Below are positions 62,214 through 64,000 of a stretch of 64,000 nt of DNA, piece after piece. The stretch comes from Trichodelitschia bisporula (taxonomy: Eukaryota). The position numbers and the translations under genes are program-made. Within the stretch, counting starts at the first letter, position 1, and each line of letters opens with the position of its first letter. Location of the stretch: positions 377,789 to 441,788 of the forward strand of contig ML996706.1 in NCBI GenBank assembly GCA_010356995.1, given 5' to 3'. The notes below the pieces were generated by a model that saw only the letters and a program-made list of their open reading frames with translations, was not told where the DNA came from and made no database searches.

Positions 62214-64000
62214 CTAGATGCAGCACGAGACCAGGAGGATGGCGTCGAAAATGTCTTTCAACGGCAGCTGCTTCTCACCAAGGTTGCGGTTGGCGGCCTT
62301 GGCTGAATCGAGCGGATGCGCAATCCCGGTCTTCGGATCCCGTGAAAGTAGCTCCTCGCGGGGCGGCACGATAGGTGAGCAGATCGCATACACCCAAGGG
62401 ACCATACAACCCCTAACGTAGGGAGCAAATGAAGTTGTCGGCCACGCGAGCCGCGAGATGAGGAAAATCAGGAGTGCCTGCCACTTGGGCAGCGCGATAG
62501 CAGGAGAGTAGCCGGTCAACCCCTCAGGAGCGAAGGCCCGCATTGCGGTATTCACTGCACCGACCGTGCAGAAGAGGATGACTGCAGCGTGCATCCAGAT
62601 CTGATCGTGCTCGACGAATGCGACTAGACGCTGGTGGAGACTAGCCCGATGGTAGCGGGAGCGCTCTCCCACCTCGGAGTGGAGGCGGCCGGAGGCTACG
62701 AACTCACCCGAGTCGCCTTTAAGGCGAGCCGGGAGGCACGATTGCGCAAGTGATAACGCAAAGTCTCACCAGGTAAGCCGACGTGAAAGCATGAGAAAGT
62801 ACGAGACTTACATGGATCCATCCACGCGTTACTGTTGCTATCACCAGTCAAGGGTCGAAGCCCGCCCGCGATTTGCAGCAGTGCCCATTGATGCGCAACC
62901 CCAGCAAGTTTGCTAAAGGCCATAAGCCCAAACACCATGCGTACTTGCAACATATTTGTTGCAGAAACAAACGGCATTCCAGTGAAGATGACGAATGGCA
63001 TGCCGATGAACACGATGATGCGCAGCTGTAGGGTTACCGCAAGGGCCGACATCAAGGCTTCAACGATACGCGGTCCCATCTCCATCTTTTCAATGTCCTT
63101 GCAAGGGAACAGACGGAACCGAAGCTTCATGGCGGTCTGGAGGCTACCAATAGCCTAAGTACGCGTTAGCATAGTTCCATAAGAACGCTATATACTGCGT
63201 TCAGACTCACCCATCGTGTGCGTTGCTTAACATGCGCCGACAACGAGCGGGGGACGCTGCCCCACTGCAATTCCTTTCCGTCGGCGTACGCAATCTTCCA
63301 CCCAGCTCCACGGAGGAGCGAAGAGAAACAATTGTCCTCAGAAAGAGTATCCGTAGGAAAGCCATTGACGTCCTCAAAAGCTTTACGACGGACCACCCAG
63401 CCCGAACCGGTGCAATTGGCAGTCCCTGTGGCGTAGTTCACTTTCTCGACAAAGCAATAGACCTCGGAAAGATCTTGGCGCAATGGATCACCCTCTGGAA
63501 CGTCGTAAAAGTTCTTAAAATGTTAGCCTGCAAGAGTCACCTAGAACTAGGGGCTGCTTACCTGACGGGCGTTGACAAGTCCTAGTTCTGTGTCCGAAAA
63601 CAAATGCCGGACAACAAAGGCCAACCACTCAGGTTCCGGGATCATGTCTGCATCAAGACCGGCGATGAATTCACCGGCACCACCAGGGAGAGTTGCCACG
63701 AACTTCGCCCCGCAATTGAGATTGCCAGCTTTGAAATCCTTGACTTGGCCTTTGACGCGCGCCGAATAAAAGACGTTTTTACCCGCCTTCTGCAGTTCAT
63801 CCACGGCATGAGCTATGTCGCCAGAGCCGGCATCGTCGAGCACAACAACTCGGAAGGCGTGTCTAGGGTAGTGAAGCGCACAAGCAGCCTTGATGGTATC
63901 GATGACAACCTCAAAGTCCTCCCCACAGCACGGGATGAAGACATCAACAGTCGGGGCATTGACAAAGTCTAACGGCTTCACCTGCTTGATGTCTGGAGCC
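62214..64000 (-). CDS. Processive glycosyltransferase family 2 (cellulose-synthase-like); 5' part lies beyond the window
   Basis: PTVDVFIPCCGE, VLDD, KAGNLN, DAD, SED, QRTRW (D,D,D,QxxRW signature), followed by TM helices; three introns within the window. Confidence 0.9.

Overview
GC-rich, gene-dense window from a filamentous ascomycete (Pezizomycotina; Dothideomycete-like is my inference), with mostly 45-75 nt GT-AG introns. About 20 protein-coding genes can be modelled. In order: TRP/Yvc1-like cation channel, secreted GH43, Cys-rich single-pass surface protein, TSC1, MATE exporter, FAD1, MET5, MLH1, Leu3-family Zn2Cys6 factor, DHA1 MFS transporter, pyridoxamine-oxidase-like protein, a hypothetical protein, an interrupted HET-domain gene, AlkB-like dioxygenase, membrane-anchored calpain-like protease, GNAT, IDI1, cytochrome P450, PflX-like radical SAM protein, a second hypothetical protein, CHO2 and a 5'-truncated cellulose-synthase-like GT2. 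I found no tRNA, rRNA, CRISPR array or transposase. The most notable region is a lower-GC block at about 38.9-43.1 kb, bracketed by a 22-nt direct repeat. It carries a HET gene whose single reading frame is broken only by two in-frame stops, one at an apparently conserved Trp. Other points of interest are the intronless calpain-like protease, a 24-nt minisatellite just upstream of the surface-protein gene, and an alternating C-rich/G-rich strand-skew pattern. All calls come from motif recognition and manual splicing; no database searches were run.
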